A program made the translations under genes and the position numbers. The notes beneath the pieces were generated by a model. It ran no database searches and was not told the origin of the DNA. It saw only the letters and a program-made list of their open reading frames with translations. From assembly GCA_013265495.1 (NCBI GenBank), contig MU058065.1, positions 10,457,720 to 10,521,719 on the forward strand: a DNA stretch of 64,000 nucleotides. The letters are read 5' to 3'. Shown one piece after another: positions 52,388-64,000 of the stretch; the first letter of the stretch is position 1; each line of letters begins with the position of its first letter. The DNA is from Vicugna vicugna (Eukaryota).

Positions 52388-53344
52388 AAAAAATTACTAT
52401 CAGTATTGAAAATAATGCCCAAACCAATAAATAAACTCTCCAATAGTAAAGCAGTATGTGCCTAGCTCCCACTTGCTTACAGTGCTGTGTAGATAGAGAG
52501 TGGGATCACCATTCCTGTTGCAGAGTGATGGGAAAATGGGAGAGATAAAAGTGCTAAGGCATTTTTTTTCAGCAAGCATCTGGCCTAGACAGTGTCACTT
52601 GGGGAAGGCAGGTGATAAAAACTTAATAAAATAGAACACTTAGTTGTCAGGAATATTTTAATATATGAAATATGAGTGGTCATTGAAGTAGAAAGAGAGG
52701 CTTCAAATAATGAGATAAATTAATTCAGTAATTTCAAAAGTAATGAATTACTTATCCTCACATGTAACTAAATTTCACATTCTGAATATGGATGCATAGC
52801 ACATATATGTTTACACATGTAATCAAAATAATTTCTGAAAATAGATAAGCAACAATTTTATTATATACGTAAAACATCACAAAATACATACCATTTCATA
52901 AAAACCCAACATGCCTAAATTGTTCATAGAGGGGTTTGAAGGTGAAAGGCTAAGAAAACTACTAAAATTCCAAGGTTTTTCAGGTCTTCTTTAACTCACA
53001 GCCCTAACTTAACCCTGTTAAATTTGGTGATGAAGCTTTGATTGGTAGTCTGAAACTACTGTTTTTTATTTTTAACTTTTTAGCTGATTACTTCAATCCA
53101 AGCCAGATAATAGACAATAAATCAGAAAACAAATAATTAGTCATACCAAACATCTGAAGTCAGAACACAGCGTGAGAGACCATGAAAGAATAGAGAAAAA
53201 ATAGAAAAAAATTAAGAAAAAAGGAGAAAAGAAATTAGCATTCCTACACTTAAGGGGATTACAGAATGATGGAATTCAAAGTAATTTTCCTTCGTTCATT
53301 TAGTTGAACATATGATGGATTTTAAAGGAGACCAGTCAATCACT

Positions 53345-53808
53345 ATAGTTTATCTTCCATCAGTCCCTTTAGTTTTATCCTTATTCACCCGCTCTTTACT
53401 GTAGGTGATAGATGTAAATGGGCAGTCGAACCCTTAGGATTCCTTTGGGTTCTTCCAAAGGAAGCTCCTACATGAGATGAGAGAAAGGAATGAGTAAGGC
53501 TAGGGTCTTTATTTCCATAGTAACTTCTTTATTTCCATAGTAACATGCATGTGCTGTCGCACTGGGGTGCGTCGCCTGACTATATCATATACCTTTCAAA
53601 GTAGTCTTTCCTACTCTGTTTCAGTAACCATACTGTCCCTGTGCCTCTGGGCCTAGGGATAAGAACACCTTGCTATTTAGCAGCCTGAGTGATTGTATTA
53701 TTCCTATATCCACCTATACTTTTGTAAATAGTCCCTTTATTAAAGTTTCTTGAATTATCGTAATTAGAGTGTGCCACCTGTTTCCTATTTGGACCTTGTT
53801 CAATTCTA
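53345..53808 (+). mobile_element. LTR16C-like ERVL LTR
   Basis: 3' end 'tttgtaaatagtccctttattaaag...agagtgtgccacctgtttccta'. Confidence 0.8.
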
Positions 53809-54689
53809 GAGAAAATAATAAAACAAGTATCCAGTAGGGCCATACTTCTGTGGCTGGTCTGTTTTTCTTGGGAAAACTTGTTTAATGCACATCATTTTTT
53901 CCCCCTCATTATTCAGGTTGAGTTTTTGACAGGTGAGATAGGTAGATGTGATCAAATTTTAGCAGTTATGTGATATATCAAATCTTTACTCTTGATGACT
54001 GGCTCAGAAAGGAGCAGTGACATAAATAGCATTTTGTCAGTTTTCTATCTCAAGCAGTACTCACCTGCATCTTAGGGCAATGATCCAATCATTTTGTAGC
54101 AAAAAAACTGTCACATTTTCCAACAGAAACCTTTTGGCGTATTTGTTTGAAAAGTCATGTCTGAATATGAAAACATGCAAATTGTTGTTTCTTTGGGTAT
54201 TTGGAGTCAATCTGTGTTTAGAACAGTTTTCCTATTATGTTTAATAATATAAAACACAGATCTTATGTATAACTTGGCTTTGTCAAACAGATGAAATGTT
54301 CTTCCATTATTGCCAGACTATTGTGAAAAAAAAAAAAAAACTTTGGTGAGCTAATGGCAAGTTGGTTATTTAGACTCTTAGTAGGAATGTGAATGATGCT
54401 TCTTTAATTTAGCAAGGCATTTAGCATCAGTTCAACACACAAGCACTGTCAGCACATTTCAGATAAATATAATATTATAGCTTTACTTCTACTTCTCAAC
54501 TACACACAATTAGAAATTGATATATGAGACTAATTCTGAAAAAATATCCTTGAGAAATTTAAAAAGGCATAATAAGCAAGTAATTCCAGGAGATACTTCA
54601 TGACATATCCTGACATCAGATGAACAATACACAATAAAAGCTTTGAGCAGTACTGTATTAAAGAAACCTGAACATATATTAACACAGAA

Positions 54690-54792
54690 TTTTTTTAAAG
54701 CAGTTTAAGACTCACAGCAAAACTGAAGGGAGGTTTCAGAAATTTCCCATATTCCTCCACCCCCAACACATGCATAACCTCCCCCATTAATC
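54690..54792 (-). mobile_element. L1MC1/2 3' terminal fragment
   Basis: 'gcagtttaagactcacagcaaaactg...ttcccatattcc...acacatgcataacctcccccatta'. Confidence 0.8.
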
Positions 54793-54829
54793 TATTTACA
54801 TTTAATTTAATTGTGGGCATATTAGAGTT

Positions 54830-56150
54830 TGGCAGTTATATTCATTGAGCAGTTTAAGCTTTTATTCCATTTTTATTTCTGGATTCAGTTCTTTATGCTG
54901 AGAAGACATTTATCAATTTTATCATTGTTGCTCTGAAGGTGATATTTTTTAATCCTGTGGTTGTTTTTAAAAAGAAAATTGTCCTTGTATTATAACACTA
55001 CTTGATATTCTTTGATGTTGTTTCTTTGTATTTATGTTGGTAATACCCCTTAAATCTGTGATTTGATTTTTTCCAGTTTTGAAAAAAATATTCAGCTTTT
55101 GTCTCTGTAATATATTGCTCACATCCTATTCATTTTCTGGTAATCCAATTACTCATATGCTAGATACTTGCATTACACCCCACATATCCCTTATGTTTTT
55201 TCTTTTTATTGTTTCCTTATTTTCATGTCTCAGTTCATGAACTGTCTTCTTATGCATTTTGCACTACATTAATTCCTCTTCAGATGTAGAATTTCAGTTT
55301 GGTTCATTTTTATAATTTCTGTTTCTCTTCTGAGAATTCCTGTTTGTTCAGTTACTACAAACATTTCTTCTTTTGTATCCTTAAGCCATGTTATTTAATA
55401 TGCTTTAAAATATTTGTCTTTTAATTACAATATCTGAATAATCTCAGAATTGTTCTTATGTAGCTTTTCCCTGAGTTATTTTTGATATTTTCCTATTTTT
55501 CTTATCTTTAGTGATATCTGTGTTTTATGGTAGATTTTTTGAGTGATATTCTTTCTCCAAAAAATGTTTTTATTTCTCTTTATTTTTTATAGTCATTTAA
55601 CCTGGCTGGACTCAATTTAAACTCTGTCTCCTTTGCAATGCAAAGAAATTTTAAGTTTGTTTCTCTAGCTTTAGGTGGGCTTTTTGGAGTTACTCTTTAC
55701 ACGCATAGTTCAGGGATCAGCCAGAATTTACACCCAATTTAAATGCAAAGTGGGGATAATGAGGAGACTAAGCACAGTTTTTATCCTAAATTTGCTGTAT
55801 GTTCCATCTTATATTTTCACCTTAATTGTCATCTGCTATATTCAATGCAGCACTCTTCTCTGGTTGTTTAAATGAGTGGGAATAATGTCTATCTGATAGT
55901 GTCAATTCACGATTTTTCTGCCCTACATAGTGCTGATTGTTGCCAATTTTCAGACAAGAAACTTCAAATATGTAAATATACCCATAGTTTTCCTTTCTCC
56001 AAGTATAGTGTAACATTTCAAATCCGCTTCCCTTTGGTCACCCAACATTGCATTCAGGTTTCTATATTTTGTCTAGAGTTTTTAGTTATCTGTGGAGTAG
56101 TTGGTCTGATAGAAGGTACCCTACCATTACATGTAACTTCCAATTCCCTC
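54830..56150 (-). mobile_element. Old L1M 5'/ORF1 region (L1ME/HAL1-like)
   Basis: T-rich antisense ORF1 motifs: 'gctgagaagac', 'ttctggtaatccaattactcatatgctaga', 'gaatttcagtttggttcatttttataatttc'. Confidence 0.65.
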
Positions 56151-56190
56151 TTCAGCTGATTTCATTTCATTTGCTAGTTAATTTTAGTTG

Positions 56191-56390
56191 TTTATAAGAT
56201 TCATGAAGTTAAGAATAAATCATTGAATGGAGACATACTTTTTAACCAAATAGTTTAACTTTTAATGTTTATGTAGCACCAGCTTATTTTGTTTTAAGAT
56301 TCATGAAGTTAAGAATAAATCATTGAATGGAGACATACTTTTTAACCAAATATTTTAATTTTTAATGTTTATGTAGAACCAGCTTATTTT
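56191..56390. repeat. 100-bp tandem duplication, 2 copies
   Basis: 56195-56290 versus 56295-56390 differ at 3 of 96 positions. Confidence 0.97.
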
Positions 56391-56704
56391 AATTATTTTA
56401 TTTTTACATAATTCTTTTTTTAAGCAATATATTGTTTGGAATAATTACTACAAATATTTTAGTTTCCTTCTTTATTGCATATTTTATTAGATTGTAGGCT
56501 AAGGTTTAGAATTTACTTTATTTTTTGTTTTCCTCTTGTGCCATCTACTTTGCCTGACTTTTATAGTCTCAATACTCAGTTCTCACTGTCTTCTAATTAT
56601 GATTTATAATTTTGATATAAAGAAATTGAAATTCTAGTGCAATTTCTAAAATACTACTTTTATACTTAAAGGGAATTCAAAATTTAGATTTCTGAATGTT
56701 TGTA

Positions 56705-56880
56705 CTCATTCATATTTCTATACATTGAACAAACATAGAATGAAACCCACCATGTGCCAGACAACTTATTAGTTATTATGAGCACAGTGATGAAAAGAAA
56801 ACTAAGCTTCATTCTTAAGGACTGGGACACATGCAATTAAACTATTACAACATATTCTGTATAATGCAGCATGTCCTACA
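56705..56880 (-). mobile_element. L2 3' fragment
   Basis: 'ttgaacaaacatagaatgaaacccaccatgtgccagac'. Confidence 0.6.
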
Positions 56881-57559
56881 CTGTTTAGAACTGGTAGATA
56901 AAATGTCCTAGTGCTGCACTCAAATTTTTATCTTATAGGAAATTGTTGTTTTTGTTCTTTTTAACTGTGGATTCAACCAAGAATCCTTTAAGATAGACTT
57001 GGTATCTTCCATAGATATTTTCTTTCTATTTCTAAAAGACTCTCTAAGGGTATCTTTCATTTATAACTGTTTTGCAAGGATTTTGCACATCATATAATAT
57101 ATACTCCCATTGTCAGCCTCCAACCCAATTTTGTTTTTATACTCACAGAATCACCTTGTGCTGTACTCACATAATGCTGAAATGATTGAAATGTTGGCAG
57201 TTCATTTATTATGATTTTAACACTTTGAAAGAAAGGGTTTATAAAAGATGTTAGAAGCTCCAGAATGCTAATACTCAAAACTCACTCTGCTTCTGACTAA
57301 GCTAATATGTATACACATTTCTGCAAGGTCGACTACAGGAGAGTATATCTAGTCATTGAGAAAGGAATTGAAAATTGTCTCAAAGACAGCAAAAACCACA
57401 GCAACAATATGCTACGGCCAGTACTTCAAATAGAAACAATTGTCAACTAGTTCCAATTAATTCATTCATCATTTCTTTCACCAAAGAGTGCAGGGACTAT
57501 TTCTTATATGTCTTTGAGTTCTCAGTCCCTAGCTAAGTTTTACTTTCAAAGCAGGAGTT

Positions 57560-58060
57560 AGGAAATATTTATTGCCCTAAAATTGACAGCCTACTATGTG
57601 TGTCAAAACTGAGCTTGGTATGTGAGAGTTATGAGTAAATGATAGTATTCTTGTACTCAAAAAATTCACAAAATTGGAAAAGACAGGCAAATAAGTTGGA
57701 TGTTGATTGTGATTGTATAATTGTAATCACATAAATGTGATTGTGATTTGATAAACAGGGTACTATGGGAGAAGAATGAAGGATCAACCTTGGACTTCTA
57801 AAAGGTGGTTCCAGCAAGTATAAGTCATGAATGAGAAAGGAAATTTCCAACCAAACTAGGGAGAAAGAAGTCCCTGATTGTAACCCAAACCAATGTGTAA
57901 ATAGCATGGAGGCAAGGAAGAGCAGGACCTTTTTAAGAAAATGTCAGCAATTCTGTATGTTGAGAAGTCAGCTAGCATCAGATCAAAATCTTTTATAAAT
58001 TTTATTCTTTAGGTGATATGGAATAATATAGCCTACTTGAATTAGGAAAAAGAATTCTGA
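57560..58060 (-). mobile_element. L2 fragment
   Basis: 'aaatatttattg...cctactatgtgtgtc...tgtgtaaatagcatggaggcaaggaagagcagg'. Confidence 0.65.
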
Positions 58061-58299
58061 AAGTGTGCTGACATTTCTGTTTGCTTATTCAGCATCTATT
58101 CCTACCGTACCCCTACTTACATCTTGATAGAACTCTTATTTTATTCAGTTACCTACTTTTTAAAACATTGTCATTTTGGTTCAGGGAGGTAAATACAGTT
58201 CTAGCAGGGATAAATCTCAATTGCTGTAAATACCTAGGATTCCCCAAATTTTATTTTTTAATTATCACACTCATGCAATAAGATAGAATTTTAGGAGCA

Positions 58300-59833
58300 A
58301 GTTGGCACTGTAATGGAACAAGGATAGTCTTTTTGATGAATAGTACTGGAATGACTGGAAATGCACATGCAGAAGAAAAGATGAATCTATACACAGACTT
58401 TTCACCTTTCACAAAAATTAACTCAAAATCATTTATAGACCTGACCATGTAAACACAAAAATATAAAAATCCTGTAACAGGACCTTGAGTTAGTGACTTT
58501 TTTTTAGATATGATACCAAAGGCAAGATCCTGTGGGCAGCTCACTCCAGTAGGCAAAGGGGTGAGGTAGACCCCTGAATACACAAGCTAAGGGACATGGA
58601 TACACATGCTAAAGAAATAATTGATAAACTGGGCTTCCTTAAACAAACAAACAAACAAACAAACAAACAAACAAATTCTGCTCTATGAAAGTCAATATCA
58701 AGAGAATAAGAGGATAAGCCACAGACTGGAAGAAAATATTTGCAAAATAAGTATCTGATAAAAGACTGTGATGCAAAATATGCAAAAACTCCTTAAAACT
58801 CGACAATAAAAAAAAACTAATTTAAAAATGGGTCAAAGACCTTAGCAGATACCTCATTGAAGAAGCTATACAGATGGTAAATAAGCACATGAAAAGATGT
58901 TCCACATCATGTGTCCTCAGGGAAATGCAAATTAAATCAACAATAAGACATTATGACACACGTATTAAAATGGCAAAAATACAGGACACTTACACCAAAA
59001 ATCCAGGAACACTGACAACACCAAATGCAGGAGAGGATTTGGAGCAATAGGAACTCTCATTCATTGCTGGCAGAAATGCAAAGTGGTACAGTCACTTTGG
59101 AAGTGATTCGGCATACTTCCAAACATACTCTTATCATATGTTTCAGTAATCACATTTCTTGGTGTTTATCCAAAGGAATTCAAATCTCATGTCCACATAA
59201 AGTCTGCTCATGAATGTTTATAGTAGCTTTATTAATAACTGTCAAAACGTGGATGTAACAATATTTCTTCAGCAGATGAATGGATGAAAAAACTGTGGTA
59301 TATCCAGGCAATGAAATATTATTCAGGAGTAAAAATAAATGATCTGTCAAATCATAGAAGACATGGGAGAACCTTAAATATCACTAGTAAAAGAAGCCCA
59401 ATTTGAAAAGGCTACACGCTGTTTGATTCCAACTATATGACATTGTAGAAAAGGCAAAACTGTGGAGTAAAAAGATCAGTAGTTTCTAGAATTTAGGGAG
59501 GAGGGGGAGCTGAATAAGCTAAATACAGAGGATTTTTAGGTCAGTAAAACTGCTCTGTATGATACTATAATAGTCAATACATGTCATTATGCATATGTCA
59601 AGATGTATACCACCAAGGGCGAATCATAATGTAAACTAGGGAATTTGGATGATAATGATGGGTCAGTGTATGTTCATCAGTTGTAACAAATGTGCCATTT
59701 TGGTGGGGGATGTTTGTATTGGCAAGCCTATGCATGTGTGTTTTGAGGGTATATACGGGAAATGTCTGTACTTTCCTTCCAATTTTGCTGTGAATCTAAA
59801 ACTACCTTAAAAAGAAAGTCTATAAACAAAAAA
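58300..59833 (+). mobile_element. L1MC1-like 3' portion (ORF2 end plus 3' UTR)
   Basis: 'cacctttcacaaaaattaactcaaaat', 'cagatggtaaataagcacatgaaaagatgttccacatca', end 'caattttgctgtgaatctaaaactaccttaaaaa'. Confidence 0.92.
58641..58675. repeat. (AAAC)n microsatellite inside the L1
   Basis: About 8 perfect units seen directly. Confidence 0.95.
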
Positions 59834-62784
59834 TTAGCCCTGGGCATGTGTGGGGGATAGAGATGCTAGACTTTAGTTAGAATAAAAAGGATATAGATAG
59901 GTTTCTAGATGGTAGAACAAGATTAGGGCTTTTCATCCAGAAAACCTCCTTTTAAAAAACCAAGTGAAAAGCAAGTGAGGAGGCATTAAATGGGTACTAA
60001 GGGAAAACCTTCATGGCAAATGGGAATAATTACTATTGTCACAGGCTATAGATTCTCACTGGTACTTACCACCCTTGCTATATTTTTTTTTCTTCCCTGT
60101 ACTATTCAGCTGCAAAAGTTTAAGAGAACTCATATGTTTGACTTAATAGAGAGTTGAAGATTTGCCAAAAAGCACAGTCAAAAGACAAGGAGACAAGGGA
60201 ATTAAAGGTGATGAGAAAGGCCCTGAACAACTCATTAGTGCTCTAACTTTAAGGAAAAGTAGAACAGAGAATGTTGTCTTAATATTTTATCTTTTTTCTT
60301 TATTCTGTATTTTGAATTGAAAAAAACATAATAGAAATATAATTTCTGATGCCCAAACTCTGTTTAGATATAATCTCTCATAAACAATTTTGTATTGTTG
60401 GTATTAATTGATAATATCAAAAGTCTCCAACTTTGATGAGCTTTCTTAAGGTATTTCAAAATAGCAACCATTTTAGGAAGACAATCTTTTATCCAGTTTT
60501 ACGAAAGGAATTTTTTTTAACTACTTGCCACATATAAATAAGTGAAAATGAGATGCTGGTTTTCTTAAGTGCATATATTGTAGCAAATGGCATTGAAAAT
60601 TTACTTTGAGCTCCTTCTTGACTTATAATCACACAAACATTCAAGTTAGGTAAATTTATGGAGTTCTTTCAAGAGCACCTCCACTTTGGATGTCTTTTAA
60701 TGTCTCATAGAAATATGTCTTATAGAATTATAAAGCTTGTTTTAAAGAAATAGTTTTTATTCATATACTCAAGAATAATATCCTGTAAAATAGATGTATA
60801 TATTATTATGGAATATGAAGATGGAGCACTGAACACTACTAGTAATAAGTCTAAATTAAATCCTGTTTTGTGCTTTGTAATACTCTTTGGGGAATTTAGA
60901 AACAATTATCTGATGTTTCAACATCATGTAGTTGAGATCTCAGAGCTCATTTTTTTAAATTAAAAATGAATGTCAAGAACAAAAAATTATTATCAGAAAT
61001 AACTATAAACATAATATCAGATAGTAGATGTCTTAATTTGCTTCTGTTCTGCAATTTTTGCCTCACTCTGAGACTACAGTGGCATGGGTCACACACAAAC
61101 TATCTTCTCAAGTTTGTAATGACTTGTCTTCACATAACATCAGCATTGTTTCCAAATGTTTCTGTTTCACAGCTGAGTTACATATTCAGATAAAATGCAT
61201 GATATGTTGAGAGTTTTTATTAAAATTTATTAAATGTTAAGGATTTTTTAAATATTTCAAAATGTGTTTTTTCTTGAGAATTATATAAAACTTAGACATG
61301 TAAGTGTGGACCAATAAAAAAAAAGATAATTAGCATTTTCACACATTTTAAAAATGCATCCCTATAATTGTCAAGTATTTTACATTTATGTCAAACTTTA
61401 AGGACCAGATTACATAAATATTTCCAAATGATAATAAGATTCCTTACCTACATTGATGAGATTGTTCCACTTTAACACATTTTGAATTCAACTTCTCATT
61501 GACTCATTTATCACTTAAGCTTTATAAGTTTTTTGACATTATTATGCTTACCAATTTAGCTTAAATTTATTGTACTCCTTAATATTCTTTCAAGGAGCTA
61601 AAAAGAATCAATCATAAACACTTAAATTTAGGGAAAAAATTGACCTACACATTTGCATTTATCAGTGAGTTTTTATTAGGTCATGATTTATTTTATTGGA
61701 ATTTGCATTATAACCTCTCGAAGTTTGCAGCCTGATAGAGGTTATATAGTATGGACATAAATCACTATTATACAAGATATCTTGCAATAAAAGCTATAAA
61801 GTTTGTACAAAGAATCAGCATTAAAGTTATTTTGAGCTAGACCTCAAAAGACTTCATGAAGAGCATTTGGGTTGGCCTCTGAAAAAGCTATAGGATCAAT
61901 CCATTTTATTGTCAATACCCATTTTTACTGCATTTTAAATACAAGTTGTTACTTCCATGTGGTAACACTCATTAGAGTCTCTAATAATAGAGTTATTATT
62001 TTTAGCTTTCCTCTTCAAATTCCAATATTTTACTTCTTATTCTTTTCATCTATTACTGTAATTTTCTCTTTTGGACTTGGAATATTTAGAGTCACGTAAG
62101 TGTATTACCTGCATGGAGATAGCACATAAATGCTAAGAATTGTCAACAGTACATTGCTTCAACTGTATACTCAGCAAACTGGCGATAGCACCTTAGCCTT
62201 AACCCTTTCTTCCTTCTTACTACAATTTTAATCCAGTTTAAATCCAATTTAAATATATATGTACATATACATATATATTTGTAGTTACATTCACACACAT
62301 GATTGCACTGGGCCACTAAGAGATACTCTTCATAGTTTGCTTCCTAAATTCTAATTTAAAAAGTCTTTAATGCCAAATTTATATATTAAATGTTAGAAGA
62401 ATTTGAGAGTGGCCAAGCTTACACAAGATCTCTTCCCTCCTCTGATTTTGATCTATTTGAAGATTAGAATGAATAAAGCAGGTAACTATTTAAATATCAC
62501 TTTTATTAGTGATAAGTATAATATTTGAGAATGATTATAGCTTATAGCTGTGGCAAAAGGATTCCATAATACTAACTCTAGGATTAGGCAGATCCGGGCC
62601 TAAGCAGGCCCTCCTCCACAGGAGCAAATCCTGTCCCCTCCTATTAGGTAGAATGGATCCCTTTGTAAGCATCTCTTTCCCAATAGCAGAAGGGGAGAGG
62701 AAAGGCTTTGAATATAAATGCCAAGTTTCTACTTTTCTAACTCTCCAATTGGGCAAGTGAGTGAGGAGAGAGGGCAGAAGTGTT

Positions 62785-62842
62785 TGTATATATATAAATA
62801 TATGATTATCCATATATATAATTCATATATATATATATATAA
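62785..62842. repeat. Interrupted (TA)n repeat
   Basis: Seen directly. Confidence 0.85.
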
Positions 62843-62879
62843 ACATGAGTATGTATTAAAGGATACGGTTAAGTAGATT

Positions 62880-63400
62880 TATTTTACTTTAATGGTGTAG
62901 AACATTTTCATCATCATTATAGTCAATCCTCTTCTATATCTGGTTCTAGGTAATATCTGATCAATTCTCTGTTGCTATAGTTTTGACTTTTCTCAAACTT
63001 ATAAATGGAATCATACAATATTTGGCCTTTTTTTCTACCTTCTTCCACTGTACATAATGCTTTTAAGGTTAATCAAAACTGTTGTATGTGTCAGTAATTT
63101 GTCCTTCTGAATTGCTGACTTCTGCTATATGGATATAAAAATATTTGCTTTTCCATGTATAATTTGACAAACATGGGATTGTATCTAAATGAAGCTGAAT
63201 GAACATTTGAGTAGAAGTCTTTGCATTGACAGACATTTTTCATACCACTTTTGCAAATACCTAGGAATGATATTCCTGGTTCATATAGCAAGTGTATGTT
63301 TAACTTTATAAGAAATCGCCAAATTATTTTTCAAGATGGTTGTAGCATTTTGTATTTCATTGACAGTACACACAAATTCAAGCCTTTAAAGTCCTCAAGT
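62880..63400 (-). mobile_element. Old L1M 3' region
   Basis: 'ataaatggaatcatacaatat' and 'aaatacctaggaatgatattcctggttcatatagcaagtgtatgtttaactttataagaaa'. Confidence 0.8.
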
Positions 63401-64000
63401 CTCAAGTCTTTAAAAATATCTAAGCTGCCATATTGCCCAGACACTTATTTTCAAACTTGTTTTCTAGTCAAGTGACTGTTCTTGAGAACTGCATAACATT
63501 GCACAGTTTCTCCCCAGAATGATCAATTTAGTCTTTTATTATGAAACTTCAGCTTCTTTGTTGTGGAGTAACACAATAAAACAGTGATTTATTCCTTTAG
63601 TTTACATTATATTTAATTTTTATGTTTCTTTGCTATTTCAATCTCTATTGTATCTTTAACTTTGGTTTGGTAAAGTTGGTATTTTTCCCTCTTATTTTCC
63701 TAATAGCTATTTTCTTCTCTTGGGTACTGATAATCAAGTACATATTTCACTCTTCTAACTTTAGGTTGGTTTATTTGTCCACTGTTCCCTCATAACAGTA
63801 CAACTAGAAGTACAGAGTGCTGTTATTTTCAACAATCACCTCATACCAATTTATTCCTTAGAAGATCTTACTTATTATTCTTTAATTTCCCTTTCCTACT
63901 GCCAATTCTAAAAGTTTTACAAAGTAGCTTGCTAGTTTTAACTTTAATTTATGACTATATCCTCCTTTACATCAGGTTCTCTTAAGCTCATTGTCCATGA

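Noticed and set aside
52108..52443. 111-aa ORF as a host gene
   Set aside because: It is the L1 ORF2 C-terminus of a 5'-truncated copy, with an N-terminus read by chance from flanking DNA.
56191..56390. Direct repeats as a CRISPR-like array
   Set aside because: Only two adjacent copies, no spacers, mammalian context.
58974..59021. Imperfect ~22-bp duplication in the L1MC
   Set aside because: Ordinary slippage-type event in a dead repeat.
1..64000. The many 60-125 aa ORFs in the supplied track
   Set aside because: Short, low-complexity, often with non-ATG starts, and mostly inside decayed repeats or antisense to L1. None resembles a cellular protein I know.

Overview
AT-rich, CpG-poor eutherian mammalian DNA that looks intergenic or deep-intronic. 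I recognise no protein-coding gene, RNA gene, CpG island or prokaryote-type system. A large part of the window is decayed transposable elements: L1 of several ages, L2, MIR, MaLR/ERVL LTRs and hAT MITEs (MER58, MER63, MER45, MER94). The cetartiodactyl-type L1 3' ends, with no ruminant, pig, whale, primate or carnivore SINEs seen, suggest a camelid (inference). The most structured element is an ancient, internally deleted ERV-L provirus on the minus strand (about 2133-4549), with two LTRs and readable RNase H and integrase-core remnants. Also notable: L1 insertions with unusual junctions, an inverted MER94 pair, a 100-bp tandem duplication, a few repeat-free blocks that may be regulatory, and two splice-site-flanked open segments that could be exons. 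Repeat family names come from remembered consensus motifs, not a database search, and boundaries of old elements are approximate. I found no convincing novel biological system.
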